A stretch of 64,000 nucleotides of DNA, taken from the NCBI RefSeq assembly GCF_006345805.1, contig NC_043002.1, forward strand, positions 25,606,001-25,670,000, written 5' to 3'. The stretch comes from Octopus sinensis. Lineage: Eukaryota. Below are positions 1-14,125 of the stretch, in pieces (the first letter of the stretch is position 1; the number at the start of each line of letters is the position of its first letter). The notes under the pieces are model-generated. The model worked only from the letters and a program-made list of their open reading frames with translations. It was not told the DNA's origin and searched no databases. A program made the translations under genes and the position numbers.

Positions 1-454
1 ATATATGCATGTATGTGTGTATGCATTTAAATGTATATGATTGTGCTTATGAATGTATGTGTGCGTGTGTGCGATCTATTTCTTTATTTTGAGAATGAGG
101 TTTGAGACGAAATTTTGAATGTAAGATAAACGAACATTTGTTTTATTTTTCTTTAAATGTACATTACAACGGCTTCTTCGGTTTAGTCAATTTTTACAAT
201 GCTTCATACAGATTTTCCGAAACAAAAACAAATTACACATATATCTTTGCTGGGAAAAGCACGAGAAAAAAATATTCACGAATGACGTCTGAACGTCTAT
301 GTGCGAAAAGAACTGGATTCACCCCTTCCCTCCCAAACGGCAGGAATTCAAGGTTGACTCTGCCAAGTCTAATCGCTTCTCTTGTTAACACAACATTCAG
401 AAGCCTGTAAAAGAGAACCTTTTCACTAGGTGCTCAACGAGACTGAACCATTCC

Positions 455-639
455 GGTGTAACAACTCCAAAGTATAACCCGCTGCTCAGACAATACCAAG
501 GGTTAAAGTGAGCCCGTCGGTTTAATATCCAGGGATATAACTTAGACTTGTCTAGAATATACCCCAAAGGTATAAAATAAGCCAGCTCACTTTAACACTG
601 GGTATAGTTTGGCGTGGGGTTAAGATGGGTTGCTACATC
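455..639. repeat. Degenerate long inverted repeat (old palindromic MITE)
   Basis: 493-513 matches the reverse complement of 585-605 at 19/21; looser symmetry extends to 455-465 / 629-639. Confidence 0.55.
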
Positions 640-1037
640 GAGCGCTTCTTTTATGCGATAGGTGATTCACATCAATCTGGAAAACTTTCAACTCTGCTGT
701 TTTCTTTTTGAAAATGGCTTTAACCTGAAATACTAAATGTTAGATAAAAGAATATTTTCAAATATGTTAATGAATTTTTTCCATCATTAGTCTTTATTTT
801 TAGTGATAGCCTTATTTCGTGTCATGTTTTAAAAGAGCGAGTGAATCAGGCACATGCGGTCTTCTCGTCTTGTTTCTGTGTTTCTGGACAAGCAGCTGTC
901 GCCATGCGTCAAAAGAACGAGGACTAATCACTGAAGTGACTGACTCGTATATATTTGTATAAATGTCTATATTTGTATATTTGCAGTTTAGCTATTAGTC
1001 CATCCATATTTTCGAGTCAAGGAGGAAGGCACACACA

Positions 1038-1094
<57 letters not shown>

Positions 1095-2149
1095 CACACA
1101 CTGGCAGCACATGTGAAAGCCACGCTGTTTTTCTGTTAGTAAGTCTTTTCGATATTCCTTCTATTTTCCCGACTTCGTCGGAAAACTGTTCGGTTTGTTT
1201 TTCGAAGGAAACTGAACACCCGCGAAAATACTTGTTTTGGCTTCACGCTTTGAACACAGAATGGGTTATATGCTCTTTCCAAAATTCTATTTCATAATGT
1301 CTAGTTTAATTTTGCGACACGGCTAAATCATTTTCAATCAAAGAAATAGTGAGTACAGGAAAAAAATGTTCCAAAAATTACTCCTATCTCGTCGTCAGCA
1401 AATCAGCTGCCATTCCTGCTTAGAAAGGCATGTGTCTCGACTGTTGCTGAAACCAAGTCTAAAGAGATACGCCCCTGGGACTACAAAGTGTCAACATGGA
1501 CACAACGTTAATGATAATAACAACAAAAACAACCACGGCACCAAACTAACCCAGTCATGCACCCCACCCCCAAAAACAAAACAAAAACAAAAACGAAAAA
1601 ATGACAATAACAAAAGCAGCAGTATCGACTGTAGTAGCCAGAACGGCAACATTATTAAATCATCGGTTACCACAATCTCGAAATCAAGCCCGTCGTTTGC
1701 TAGTGTAATGCAGACATAGATTGATTTAGAATTGGAGGACAACATGGAGTTCACTCTGAGTCACCAGTATTACTTAGCCAGAAGACGGAGGCGAACCATC
1801 ACCTGTAAATGCATCAACAAGAAAACCAGGTGGGTTGATGACTCAACACCAGAACAAGAAGTGGAATGCTTGAAGGACAAGCGGGAATCAGTATAGCATG
1901 AGAGAATAGGAAGACAATATAAAAAAGTTAGATATGCTTTGCCTCAACGAAGACAAAACTACAAGAATATCCACAAATGCTTGCTCTTTCGCAGATTATA
2001 CACATCTGCTCTCGTATTTAGGGAAACGTGTAAATAGAGTGACACTCAATAAAATTCCACCTAAAATAAATCTTAATTATCTTAAAATGACAGGAGAAGT
2101 GCGGTGAGATTGTTAATTCGAAAACGACCCCACATTAAAAGCAGCCCGA

Positions 2150-3200
2150 CATAAAGTTAGAGGCACAGATGCTGTTTGCTCAAGAAAAGTTACTGAAGAT
2201 TCTTGAACTTACTCACCTGAAAAATAGGGATCTCGTAAAAGTTGTGGTAGAAAGCAGGAGAGGCAGGCGTTACTTTTGTGAAAGCAACGTCGGCATTCTG
2301 TTCTCTGGAAAAAAGACTAAAAGCCTTTTACTGCCTACGTCACAGTTGTAACATAAACAACTTCAACACCATCTTCAAGAACTGCAGAGAAATAAAACCC
2401 AGAATGCACACATTCGCAAAAATAAACATCTTTAATCTTTCCCACTCTAAATAATCGCCTAATGACGAAGGAGAATCTATCGAGTAGCGATTAGAAAAGG
2501 CATCGTGACAACGAGCTAGTGACAAGAATGGCTCTCGACCATTTCTTTTTCAACGCGAAACAAGAAGGTTGCATCATCAGAATTAGACCTCGTGAGCCAC
2601 AACAAGAAGGAACAAAAGCCGTTCGACGGGCAAGGGCGACGGAGGTGCAACGGGGTAATAAAGCTACAGTTCAGTGAAATCACCGGCAGAGCCATCTTAC
2701 GACAACGTCCACCTCATGCGATACTTCACAGTGAGATCGAGAAAAAAATCTAACGTTCGTGGGGCCCTGATCAATTTGGATCAGTCGAAAGCTTTCGATA
2801 CGGTCGATCATCTCTACCTGGCAGCAGTTCTAAAAGCGGTCGGTTTCTGATCGGTTTTCAGAGGTTGGATCGCAGCAATGCACAGTGACTTTTGTTCAGC
2901 GATCAAAGTGAACGGCCACTTCTCAGAACTATTTCATATCACGCGCTCGATCCGTTAGGAGTGTTCTCTCTCGTCTCTTTTATACATATTGGCTCACGAG
3001 CCATTAGTGCAGCTGCTAGAACTCTTGTGGGGGGCATCCCTTCGAGCTGGTGTACAGGAGAGCTGTCTCTGTGTATACGGACAACATCACTGTAATGGTG
3101 TCGGACGGCACAGAAGAGAAAGTATCAGCCCCATTCTAAAGGAATACTAGGCAATGGCAAGAGCAAAGATATATCTGGACAAGTTGGAGAGCTTGCGGTT
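2150..3200 (+). mobile_element. L1/Tx1-clade LINE reverse transcriptase fragment (pseudogenised)
   Basis: From 2761: GALINLDQSKAFDTVDHLYLAAVLKAVGF*SVFRGWIAAMHS...VNGHFSELFHITRSIR*ECSLSSLLYILAHEPL, then VYTDNIT (decayed YADD); in-frame stops. Confidence 0.9.
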
Positions 3201-3377
3201 CACCACCTTTAGAAGCAAGCCTATATTAGAAACAATTATTATTATTATAGCCAAAATCGACCTCAAATGCCGCCGGCACTAACTTTGTTTTCGACCTTTT
3301 GGGGTCGAAAAAGTAAGCACCAGTTGAGCACTGGAGTTTATGTAATCGATTAACCCCTTTCCCTCAAAATTTTCAGA

Positions 3378-3549
3378 AATCATCATCATCATCATTATCA
3401 TCATCATTGTCCTCTCCTCCTCTTGAACCTCCTCCTCCTCCTCCTCCTCCTCATCATCATCATCATCATCATCATCATTATTATTATTATTATTATTAAT
3501 ATTATCATTATTATTATCATTATTATTATTATCATTATTATTATTATTC

Positions 3550-3626
<77 letters not shown>

Positions 3627-3694
3627 TATATATTAATATTATCATTATTATTATTATTATCATTATTATTATTATTATTATATATTTATTATCA

Positions 3695-3746
<52 letters not shown>
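3378..3746. repeat. Compound trinucleotide microsatellite (TCA)n(TCC)n(TCA)n(TTA)n
   Basis: Directly visible; source of the poly-I/L/Y/N ORFs. Confidence 0.97.
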
Positions 3747-3747
<1 letters not shown>

Positions 3748-4997
3748 CTCTGAATCCAGATCCCATTGGCGCATTAAGGCAGTATCGAAGGTGATTTTCA
3801 TCTTGCGATATCATTAATTAACGCCAAAAAGTGGCGTGCAAAAAAAAAAAAAAATGTTTGGACCTACATCATTGAATGGTCGCTACTGCAAGTAGTTCCA
3901 AAAAATAGTCACGCTTACGAATCAAAAGACTCTGCTGTGCATCAGAAAGGAATACTTCAATATGCTTTAGAACTGGGAAGAAAAAATCAAAAAAAATCAT
4001 GGAACATTTATTTCTATCACTACACGGACTTCAGCAAACAAAATGATCCCCAATGATATTGTTGTATAATTTAGACTTGCTGAAAGGTTAAGTTTATGGA
4101 ACATCTTCATTAGGACAACAATTTTCTCTGGGGGCATGAAAGAAAAGGATGCAATTTTCACCATGTGCATGAAAGAACAGGATGCAAATATATACAGAAT
4201 TTCAATCATACTCATATGGATTTTAGGAGACATCAGTTGCCATTTCAATTACAAATACCGAGAGTAAGCATTGGAATTTGCTGAACTGCATCTTAAGGAA
4301 ACCTGCTTTGCACGTGCCCTATTTTATGTAGGAAACTCATGTATTGGCTTTTCTCCTCGTAATCTCTTTTATGCACTTGAGGATACACAATGTTCAGAAT
4401 TGCTTTGGCACCGATGGCTACAAAGGTAATATATACCCTAGGGCTCATTATAATTCTTAATATAATTTATAGCTGCTTACACTGGAGTTCCAATATTTTA
4501 AATACGACGTTTTCTTCTGGCATTCTAGTTTCCAAAAGTTATAAAAATAATCTTATTTCCCTACACAGTTTTCCAAACAACATTTGAAGTTTTACTAATT
4601 TTTCAAAATATTTTAAAAATTAAAAAAAAAAATATTTAAGAATAAAAGATAATATGTCACGTTCAGAAATAGTTTTAAATAAAATAAAACTGTTTTCACT
4701 TTTACTTATTCCCGAGTTTTTCATTAATATATTTGAAATGGATGTATGTGATTTACACTTAAATCTCGGAACAGTCATAATGTTGAGGTAGCACAGTGTA
4801 TGAGACACCAGCCGGCTTTAAACGTATTTGAAAACAACTTCATTTCTTACATCAAAGATAAATTTTCAACATAGGCGCAAAGGTGTTCTGTTAAAGTGAA
4901 TTTCCTTCCATTAAGAAAAATTCTGGGATATTTATGACTATTTTCTCGCTTGGATAACGTTAGAAATCCCGCTTTTATACATATACATTCATAAGCA

Positions 4998-5084
<87 letters not shown>

Positions 5085-5140
5085 ACACACACACACACAT
5101 ATATATATGTATATATGTATATGTAAATGTATATATATAA

Positions 5141-5171
<31 letters not shown>

Positions 5172-5403
5172 CACGCGCGCGCGTGTGTGTGCGTGCGTGC
5201 GTGTGTGTATATGTAGATATATATCCTAATCTATGGTTGATTTGTTTTGTTGAGTACTTTTGGGATCATGCAGATCAGATTAGATCAGCTACATTGTATT
5301 GTATTTAACTGTGGTCTATCGAATGAATACCCCATCTCTCTCTCTTTCTCTCTCTACCTCCCTCTATCTCCTTCTCTCTCTTTTTCTCTCTTTCTTTCTC
5401 TCC

Positions 5404-5456
<53 letters not shown>

Positions 5457-5495
5457 AACACATATATACATACATAATACATACATACGTATGTA

Positions 5496-5528
<33 letters not shown>

Positions 5529-5660
5529 TACATACGAGTGAGCAGACAAACGAAAGAAGGGCGCTCAACACATTTATTGAGAGTTACATGTATGGATCAA
5601 ACAGTTTGATTCAGATCACTTGGTACTTTAGGTTTCAAGCGTGATGTTTCAGTCATTGGA

Positions 5661-5740
<80 letters not shown>

Positions 5741-6119
5741 CACGCACACGTATATACACTTAAGATCAAGCAAATATTGGAATTCATATTTATTTAAAAG
5801 ATATATTTTTTAAGAAATACACCAGTGTCAGGTCATGTTACTACTAGTTTAAAAATACTTCAACACTACGCAGTTTAACTGGGATCATGTTGATAAAATT
5901 TTGGTGACTCGTACATTTGGATCAGTCAGCTTGTGTTTATAACTATAAACCTATTGTTTAATTCGAAATAGAGGAAATTAGTTGTGATCAAGGTCAAAAG
6001 GGTTTCTGCCCATTGATTGTCAGTTTTGGTGAAAGAGTTTGATAACAGATCTTGATCATATTATATATATATTAGATATATATATATAATATAATATATA
6101 TATTATATATATATATTAA

Positions 6120-6154
<35 letters not shown>

Positions 6155-6164
6155 GTGTGTGTGT

Positions 6165-6390
6165 GGTGTTTGAGTGTCCGTGCTTGTCCCCCAACATCGT
6201 TTGACAACCGATGCTGGTGTGTGTTTAAGTCCCCGTTACTTAGCAGTTCGGCAAAAGAGACCGATAGAATAAGTACTAGGTTTACAAAGAATAAGTCTTG
6301 GGGTCGATTTGCTCGACTAAAGGCGGTGCTCCAGCATGGCCACAGTCAAATGACTGAAACAAGTAAAAGAATAAAAGAATAAAAGAAATA
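6165..6390 (+). mobile_element. SINE family A (OR/CORE-type tRNA-derived), 3' half
   Basis: Matches the 3' half of full copies (GACAACCGATGCTGGTGTG...GACTGAAACAAGTAAAAGA). Confidence 0.85.
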
Positions 6391-6592
6391 GTGTCTCAGT
6401 TGGTAGCCAAGGCCTTTGTGGTTAATTATCAGCGTAAAAAAAAAGCTGAATTAGTGCACTAATCAAAGTGTACACCTAAACAGATCAAGGGTGGCAAATA
6501 AAAGGAAGCTGGTACAACTATCGTAATTGATGGTGGTAACCTAAACCACTTGAAATCGTTCAAATCATTGGAAATCACAGTTTCTTCATTGC

Positions 6593-6699
6593 CTGCATAG
6601 GCTACGAGAATGTCAACTGAATTTCGAAAGCGACAGAAACCTTTCTAGAGGTTTCTGTCGCTTTCGAAAATTCAGTTGACCATCTCGTAGCCTATGCAG
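6593..6699. mobile_element. Palindromic mini-MITE (near-perfect hairpin)
   Basis: Arms of ~50 bp (CTGCATAGGCTACGAGA...GACAGAAACCT) differ by 2 substitutions and 1 indel; 6-nt spacer TTCTAG. Confidence 0.75.
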
Positions 6700-6829
6700 C
6701 CATGTCTGGAATGAAAAGGGAAGATTCCTCAAAACCAAAATCAGAATGTATCTACCTCTGTATTCACATTTTTCCAGTTAGAATCATAAATACCTTATCG
6801 GAACTATGTTAATGAACTTGAAATTTTTC

Positions 6830-7110
6830 ACAAACGCTGTCCGCGTTCGATATGCGGACACGCCATGTAGGAGAAAATATCCACTTCTGATCTCACTAAA
6901 CGTTGAATAAAGAGAACTCAATTAATTTTGGTTCAATCACAATTCAGATAAGCTGGTCATGCCACCAGAATGGCAGACAACAGGATACATAAAATTCTCA
7001 GGTATAGCTAGTTTCATAATGGTGTACTAAACGAGGGCAAGCCATGGTTGCGAACCAAAGACTAATTTAAGTACAATTTGATATCTGTCACCCTTCTCCA
7101 TAAAAAATTT
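6830..7110 (+). mobile_element. RTE-clade LINE C-terminal fragment
   Basis: Degenerate (W)AGHATRMADNRIHKILRYS*FHNGVLNEGKPWLRTKD matches RTE RWAGHVxRMxDxRIPKxxLYGEL...GRPxLRYKD. Confidence 0.65.
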
Positions 7111-7513
7111 CGAGATAAACCATTTAAGTCATCTGAGAGAATTTAGAACGAATACAAAATGTAGATCTAATATATCATTCACGTTTGCTGGCAAAATCGT
7201 CAAATTGCAACTGCGTGTGTGTCTTACAAGTGACATAAAAACTGAATCTTGATTAACCCATCAAACCGTTAGGACATCATGCATAAAAAAACGACGAGCA
7301 TGTATGCATACATGCATACATACATACATACATACATACATGCATACATACATACATAGATAGATACATACATACATGCATACATACATACATAGTGCGT
7401 ACATACATATATATACGTATATATACATACATACACGCACACACCCAGACATACACACATACACACATACACATATATGCATAAACACAGAGACACACAT
7501 TAAACATGCGTGG

Positions 7514-7574
<61 letters not shown>

Positions 7575-7756
7575 ATATATATTTATTTTAAAATAGTTAT
7601 AAATATTAAGTAAAAACAATAGAAGCAAAAATATCCATTGTTTGAGAGCTTTTAATAACGCTGAAGAATTCATCTATCAGTATTTGTTAGATTATCACGT
7701 AGAATATAAAATAATATAATATAACACACACACATATATATATATATAGGATACAT

Positions 7757-7818
<62 letters not shown>

Positions 7819-7834
7819 ATATATATATAATATA

Positions 7835-8220
7835 CTATTTTACTTGTTTCAGTCATTTGGACTGCGGCCATGCTGGAGCACCGCCTTTAGTCGAGCAATC
7901 GACCCGGGACTTATTCTTTGTAAGCCCAGTACTTATTCTATTGGTCTCTTTGCCGAACCGCTAAGTAACGGGGACGTAAAAAACACACCACCATCGGTTG
8001 TCAAGCAATGCTAAGGGACAAACACAGACACAAAAACACAACATACATATACATATATATATACAATATATACGACAGGCTTCTTTCAGTTTTCCGTCTA
8101 CCAAATCCACTCACAAGGCTTTGGTCAGCCTGTGGCTATAGTAGGTGCCACGCAGTGGGATTGAACCCGGAACCATGCGGTTGGTAAACAAGCTATTTAC
8201 CACACAGCCACTTCTGCGCT
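7835..8220 (-). mobile_element. SINE family A, full length
   Basis: tRNA-like head with A/B boxes (TGGCTGTGTGG, GGTTCAATCCC), central (CA/TA) linker, 3' body as in other copies. Confidence 0.9.
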
Positions 8221-8258
8221 ATAATATATATATATTATATATATATATTATATATAGA

Positions 8259-8340
<82 letters not shown>

Positions 8341-8439
8341 TACAAATATAAATAACACGCAAACATACACATGCATACAATATATAAATATTTAAATTTA
8401 GCTTTTTTATGCTTAAGCAAGAAACGCCTAGCGTTTTAA

Positions 8440-8523
<84 letters not shown>

Positions 8524-9143
8524 TTGCATATTTACAGAATGAGAAGCTTAATGCACGTGTAGAGTGTAATCTTATCATATAATTGGAACTGACTTCGAAG
8601 TTTAAATAGGTTCATGGTTTATTCAAAAATGCAATATCAAAGACCATGTATATATGTATGTATGCATGCATGCATGTATATATGTATGTTACATATTTGC
8701 ATATATGTCTGTATGTATGTACATATATAAAGGTATACATTATATAAATATATATATGTACACGCACATATACATACATATATATATATGTATATAACAC
8801 ATACACACACACCTGAACATATAAAAATTGTATATTACTGTTTGACATAGATAAAAAATATTGAAAACGAGGCTTATAATATATACACACCTGCATACAT
8901 ACAACATACATACATACATACATACATACATACATACATACATACATACTACATAAAAACATACATATCTTTCTGTGTATATTATATATATATATATATA
9001 TATACATACATATATATATGTATATTATACATTTATGTTAAAATATAGATTATATTATATATATATTATATATATATGTAATATATATATATACATATAT
9101 AGATCCGTATATTTATACGTTTATATATGTAAATATGTATGGA

Positions 9144-9186
<43 letters not shown>

Positions 9187-9756
9187 ATGCTTATCTATTT
9201 AAAGACAAATGTACACATACATTAAAGTATACATGCAAACACACGTACACACACACACACACACACACAAACACACGTGCAAACACATATATGCACCCCC
9301 ACAAAGACATGCGTCTGGATGTAAATGTAGTATATAAAAAAAATATATCACCTACCTGGGCTAAAAGCTGCCATCCTTCTCATACTGCAATATATATATT
9401 GTTCCAATAGAGTCCTGCAAATATTCTATTATTATTTTCTGTAATTTTTTTATGTTAATGCCGTAAATATTTCTTTATGAATTAATTTTACCAAAATTTC
9501 AGTGGATGAAACCTTTAATATATATATATATATTCTCTTGAGAAACTGAATTCGGTTATGTGAGATTTGTAAAAGGCAGAAAACGGGTGGTAATTTGTAT
9601 GAAACATAGAATGAGGAAGTTTCAAGCAAAGTTATGTTTTTCAAGTTTAATTTAATGAAATAATTAAATAATGCTAGGTAGGGATTTTAATCACATTAAT
9701 TGGGAGGACAGATTATTGGTGATAGAGAATCAGTCGCAAAGATAGATGGAGATTGG

Positions 9757-9787
<31 letters not shown>

Positions 9788-9837
9788 GTGGGGTGAGTAT
9801 GTAGTAATAAATGAAGATAGATTAGTAGGGAAGATAT

Positions 9838-9869
<32 letters not shown>

Positions 9870-10351
9870 TATACACATATATGTATGTGTGTGTCTGTAT
9901 ATGTGAATAGTTGAGTGAGATGAAGTGAAAATGTAGTATAGAAAACAATAGGTGAAGTGAATAGAGAGCAAGAGAGAGAGAGTGTGTGAGAAAGAGAGAG
10001 AAGAGAGAAAGAGAGTGAGAGTGTGAGAGAGAAAGGGAGGGAGAGAGAGGAAGGGTGGGAGAAAGAGGAAGAGAGAGCAAGTGATGGAGAGAGAAGGATA
10101 GATAGAGAAAGAAGCAGAGAGAGTGATACCACAGAAGTAGATAGATAACTATATATGGTGAAAGGATAAATCTAGCCAAGGGGCCTGGAGAGGAAGATTA
10201 ATTGATTAATGTAGAAAGATAGTGTAGCAAATATATAGATAAAAAGTGGGAGCGAACGTGAGAGAGAGAGAGAGAGAAAGAAAGAGAAAGAGAGAGAGAG
10301 AGAAGTGGTTAAAGGGACTGAAAGAATTTTCATAAGTTTCAAGGGTTGGTT

Positions 10352-10407
<56 letters not shown>

Positions 10408-11204
10408 GCTACTGCTGCTGCTGTTATGTTTGTTACTATTGTTATGTTGTTACTGTTGTTTCTGTCTGATATTATTATTATTATTATTATTATTGTCATG
10501 GTAGTTGTTATTGTTGTTGGTGTGCACACCCCCCAGCGAAGACAGCATCATTTGCAAAATGACCCTTGTAAGATTGCTCCCTATCTGTCAGCGTTGCTAT
10601 AGTCTCCTAGCGGCCAGATGGCTGACCACATTGCTGACAACTCCTACAGACTGTTGATGATGATGATGATGATGATCATCATCATTATTGCGGCGATTAC
10701 CTTTGAATATCGTCATCACAGCTGATATCGCAGTTTCCGAAAACTAATACACATGCTACCAGAGAAGCATGACCACCACCACCACCACCACCGCCGCCGC
10801 CGCCACTATCATCACCCCTGCTACTGATATCACTGGCTCTCCTTCATCACTATGCATTTGCATTGTGAAATTTCCATCCTCTGTGGGAGGAGTTTTCTAT
10901 TCTAAGACTATCTTTAGCTCTATCGATGTAAGGTAATTACCAATATCAATACCCCTCCCCCACCAGTATCTCCTCCTCCTCCTCCCCTCCTCCCCAACAT
11001 CATCATCATCATCATCATCATTATCAACCTCGTCGTCGTCGTCAGCATCAAAATCAGCATCAATAGCAGCATCAGCATCAGATTCATTATCGACATCGTT
11101 ATCGTTCCTCGCATCATGTGGATGTGCAACATTAATTATAGTAGCGACTCCGAACACTGGTTACCAGTTTGATAAACGGAAGTAAATGGAGATGACGAAA
11201 GATG

Positions 11205-11460
11205 AGAACACCACCACCACCACAACCACCACCACAGTCACCACCGCCACCGTCACCACCACAACCACCACCACCATCGTCACCAACGTTACCGTCACCA
11301 CCGTCACCACTACCACCACCACCACCGTCACTGTCACCACCACCGTCACCAACATTACCGTCACCACCACCACCACCACCACCACCACCACCACCACCAC
11401 CACCATCACCACCACTACCACCACCACTACCACCACCACCACAACCACCACCACCAGTAA
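11205..11460. repeat. Degenerate (ACC)n microsatellite
   Basis: ACC/GTC/ACT triplet variants; source of the poly-T, poly-P and poly-V ORFs. Confidence 0.92.
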
Positions 11461-11484
11461 CAACAACGACAGCAACAATAACTT

Positions 11485-12320
11485 TTTAAATATAGGCACA
11501 AGGTCACAAATTTTCCGTAGTGAGAGTTGATCGATGCCATCGAACTCACAACGCATCAGTTGTTTTATTTTATCGAAACCGTAAGAATGAAAGGCGAAGT
11601 TGACCTCAGCATGATTTGAACTCAGAACGTAAGACGCCGGAACAATCAACAACAATTTTTTCCGACGCTCTTATGATTTTGCCAATCCACCACCCAACAA
11701 CAACAAAACAACAACTGTTTCTAATTTATGCACAATGCCATCAATTTTGAAGAGGACGGTAGTGATCGATACTATTGACCTCAGTATTTGACTGGTACTT
11801 CATTTTATTGAACTCCAAACTATGAAAGACAGAGTTGATCTTGGCGGGATTTGAACTCAAAAACTAAATAGACGGAACAAATATCAGAATGTATTTTCCT
11901 AACGCTCTAACAATTCTGCCAGCTCTCGCCCAAATAATCGTTTGTACATAGGCACAAGGCCTGAAATTTTAGGGGAGGAGGTAGTCGATTAAATAGACCC
12001 CAGTACTCAACTGGTACTTATTTTATACCCGCCAAACGGAAGAAAGTCAAAGATGACCTTGATGCGTCTTGAACTTAGAAATGCCGCGAAGCATTTTCTT
12101 TGGCATGTTAACGGTTCTGTCAGCACATTAGCTTAACAATGGCTTCAAATTTTAGCACAAGGCCAGCAACTTCAGGGGAGCGGTAAGTCGATTACATTGA
12201 CCGCAGTTTGTAACTGAAACTTATTTTATCCCACTCGAAAGGATGAAAGGCAAAGCTGACCTCGGTGGAATTTGAACTCAGAACCCAAAGACAGACGAAA
12301 TGCCGCTAAGCATTTTGAAA
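11485..12320 (-). mobile_element. Cluster of four head-to-tail degenerate SINE family B copies
   Basis: Repeated GGCACAAGG...CGAT..ATTGACC.CAGT..ACTGGTAC...GAAAGGCAAAG.TGACCTC...ATTTGAACTCAGAAC modules at ~11490, 11730, 11950 and 12155. Confidence 0.8.
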
Positions 12321-13441
12321 TTCATCTTCAATCAGAAAGCCATACAGTCCAAATGTGTATCAGTGATGTCGTTCTAATCTCCCACTAATGCTAAAGGACG
12401 GAACGTCCTTATGAAAACCTCTAGACGTCTGAAGATATTTGTCTGTCTCACCCCTGCCAGGATTTTGGCAACTACTTGTCTGATGGTATCCACTTCGCTA
12501 GTGTTGGTATTCAGGGCCACCACTTATCATCCAGTTCCAGGAAGATCGATCGTACCTCGAGACCTAGCTCTTTCTGAAACAGCATCGTAACTCTGCCCTA
12601 CCAGGTCGGCTAAGAAATGTTTTGATCTCAAACCCGCCAAAAATAGGCACCAAAGCGCGTGTCAAAAATCCTGGTCTTTACTGATGGTTATCACATCCTT
12701 AGCTAATGACTTTAGGTAATTGAACAGGCATCCCTGCTTCCAGGGTAATCCTAGGTCAGCTGCATTTATGAACGCCTCTCTCAAAGATGGCATGTTCGTA
12801 GGAAAGAAGGATTTTTGTTTTGTAGGTAATTGGATGTATCAAAATCTCTTTACAGTATGGGGTCATTAGGGAAACCCTGAAGGTGTCTGTTCGAAGTCAT
12901 GATGTTAGGATTTCCAAAGTTATGTGGGAACCACCTTCTCATTTTTCTTTCGTGTTGCTTGTCAGTATTACCAGTTTCAGTCATGTAAAATCTCTAAGAA
13001 AATTAAAATTTACCTTTTAAACTTTTCAAACTTCTTTTATATATATATGTATATACTTTATTTAAAAGCAGCATAAATATAACAAAAGCTGTTACTCAGA
13101 GTATATATATATATATAAAGTTTCTAGTTTGAGTCACACGTGTCTCGAGATGTGCCGAAGATTTTCTATTTTGGATATATTTGGGGTACTTAGGTCTGCT
13201 CAGGTCTTAGTGCTTGCTTTTTCTATGGGTATGAGTAAGTATTTCATTTGTCTTACGTATTTATCGCTGAGGAGGGAAAATTCATATGAATTAACTCCGA
13301 AATTGAACCAATACGGTAATAACGGATTTTTTTAGAAATTTCTGTCGGCTTGTTTCGAGACGCTTAAATTATAATGGTATTGACAATTTTGTCTTTTTCG
13401 GCATATTTGGCATTAGGATTTTTCTTTTGCCCTTATTATAT

Positions 13442-13601
<160 letters not shown>

Positions 13602-13724
13602 TATATAAATTAGAGACAAAACCACTATAGGCAAATCAAACAATGAAAGACTTAAGCCAATACATATGATTAATTTATATTATTTAAATATGTAACAAAA
13701 TTATTAAAAAATATAATTAATATC

Positions 13725-13787
13725 CCACTACGATCGTTTCCTGCCTGCTGTCTTCAAATTTGTGAGTCGCAGTCATTCATCAGGTGG
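13725..13787 (-). ncRNA. Type I hammerhead ribozyme (second family)
   Basis: Minus strand: CCAC-CUGAUGA-A-UGACUGC...GCAGGCA-G-GAAA-CGAUCGU-A-GUGG. Stem I CCAC/GUGG, palindromic stem III ACGAUCGU, GUA triplet; stem II is imperfect and lacks the usual G10.1-C11.1 closing pair. Confidence 0.65.
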
Positions 13788-13837
13788 TTTAAATATTTTT
13801 CTTGGCGAGGTTTAAACAATATATATATATATATTAT

Positions 13838-14125
13838 TTTCTTTTCTTTTACTTGTTTCAGTCATTTGACTGCGGCCATGCTGGAGCACCGCCTTTAATC
13901 GAGCAACTCGACCTCGGGACTTATTCTTTGTAAGCCCAGTACTTATTCTATCGGTCTCTTTTTGCCAAACCGCTAAGTGACGGGGACATAAACACACCAG
14001 CATCGGTTGTCAAGCAATGCTAGGGAGACAAACACAGACACACAAACACACACACGCATATACACATATATACACATATATACGACGGGCTTCTTTCAGT
14101 TTCCGCCTACCAAATCCACTCACAA
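13838..14125 (-). mobile_element. SINE family A, 5'-truncated
   Basis: Same body as 7835-8220; head missing beyond CCACTCAC. Confidence 0.85.

Noticed and set aside
7835-8220. tRNA genes in SINE heads (also 24000-24122, 34250-34333, 56680-56760)
   Set aside because: A/B boxes are present but run into SINE bodies and are dispersed, diverged copies; not intact cloverleaf tRNA genes.
11186-11530. Thr-rich ORF resembling a mucin linker of a peritrophin
   Set aside because: It is a translation of an (ACC)n microsatellite, open in several frames, on the opposite strand and 25 kb from the chitin-binding gene, with no splice evidence.
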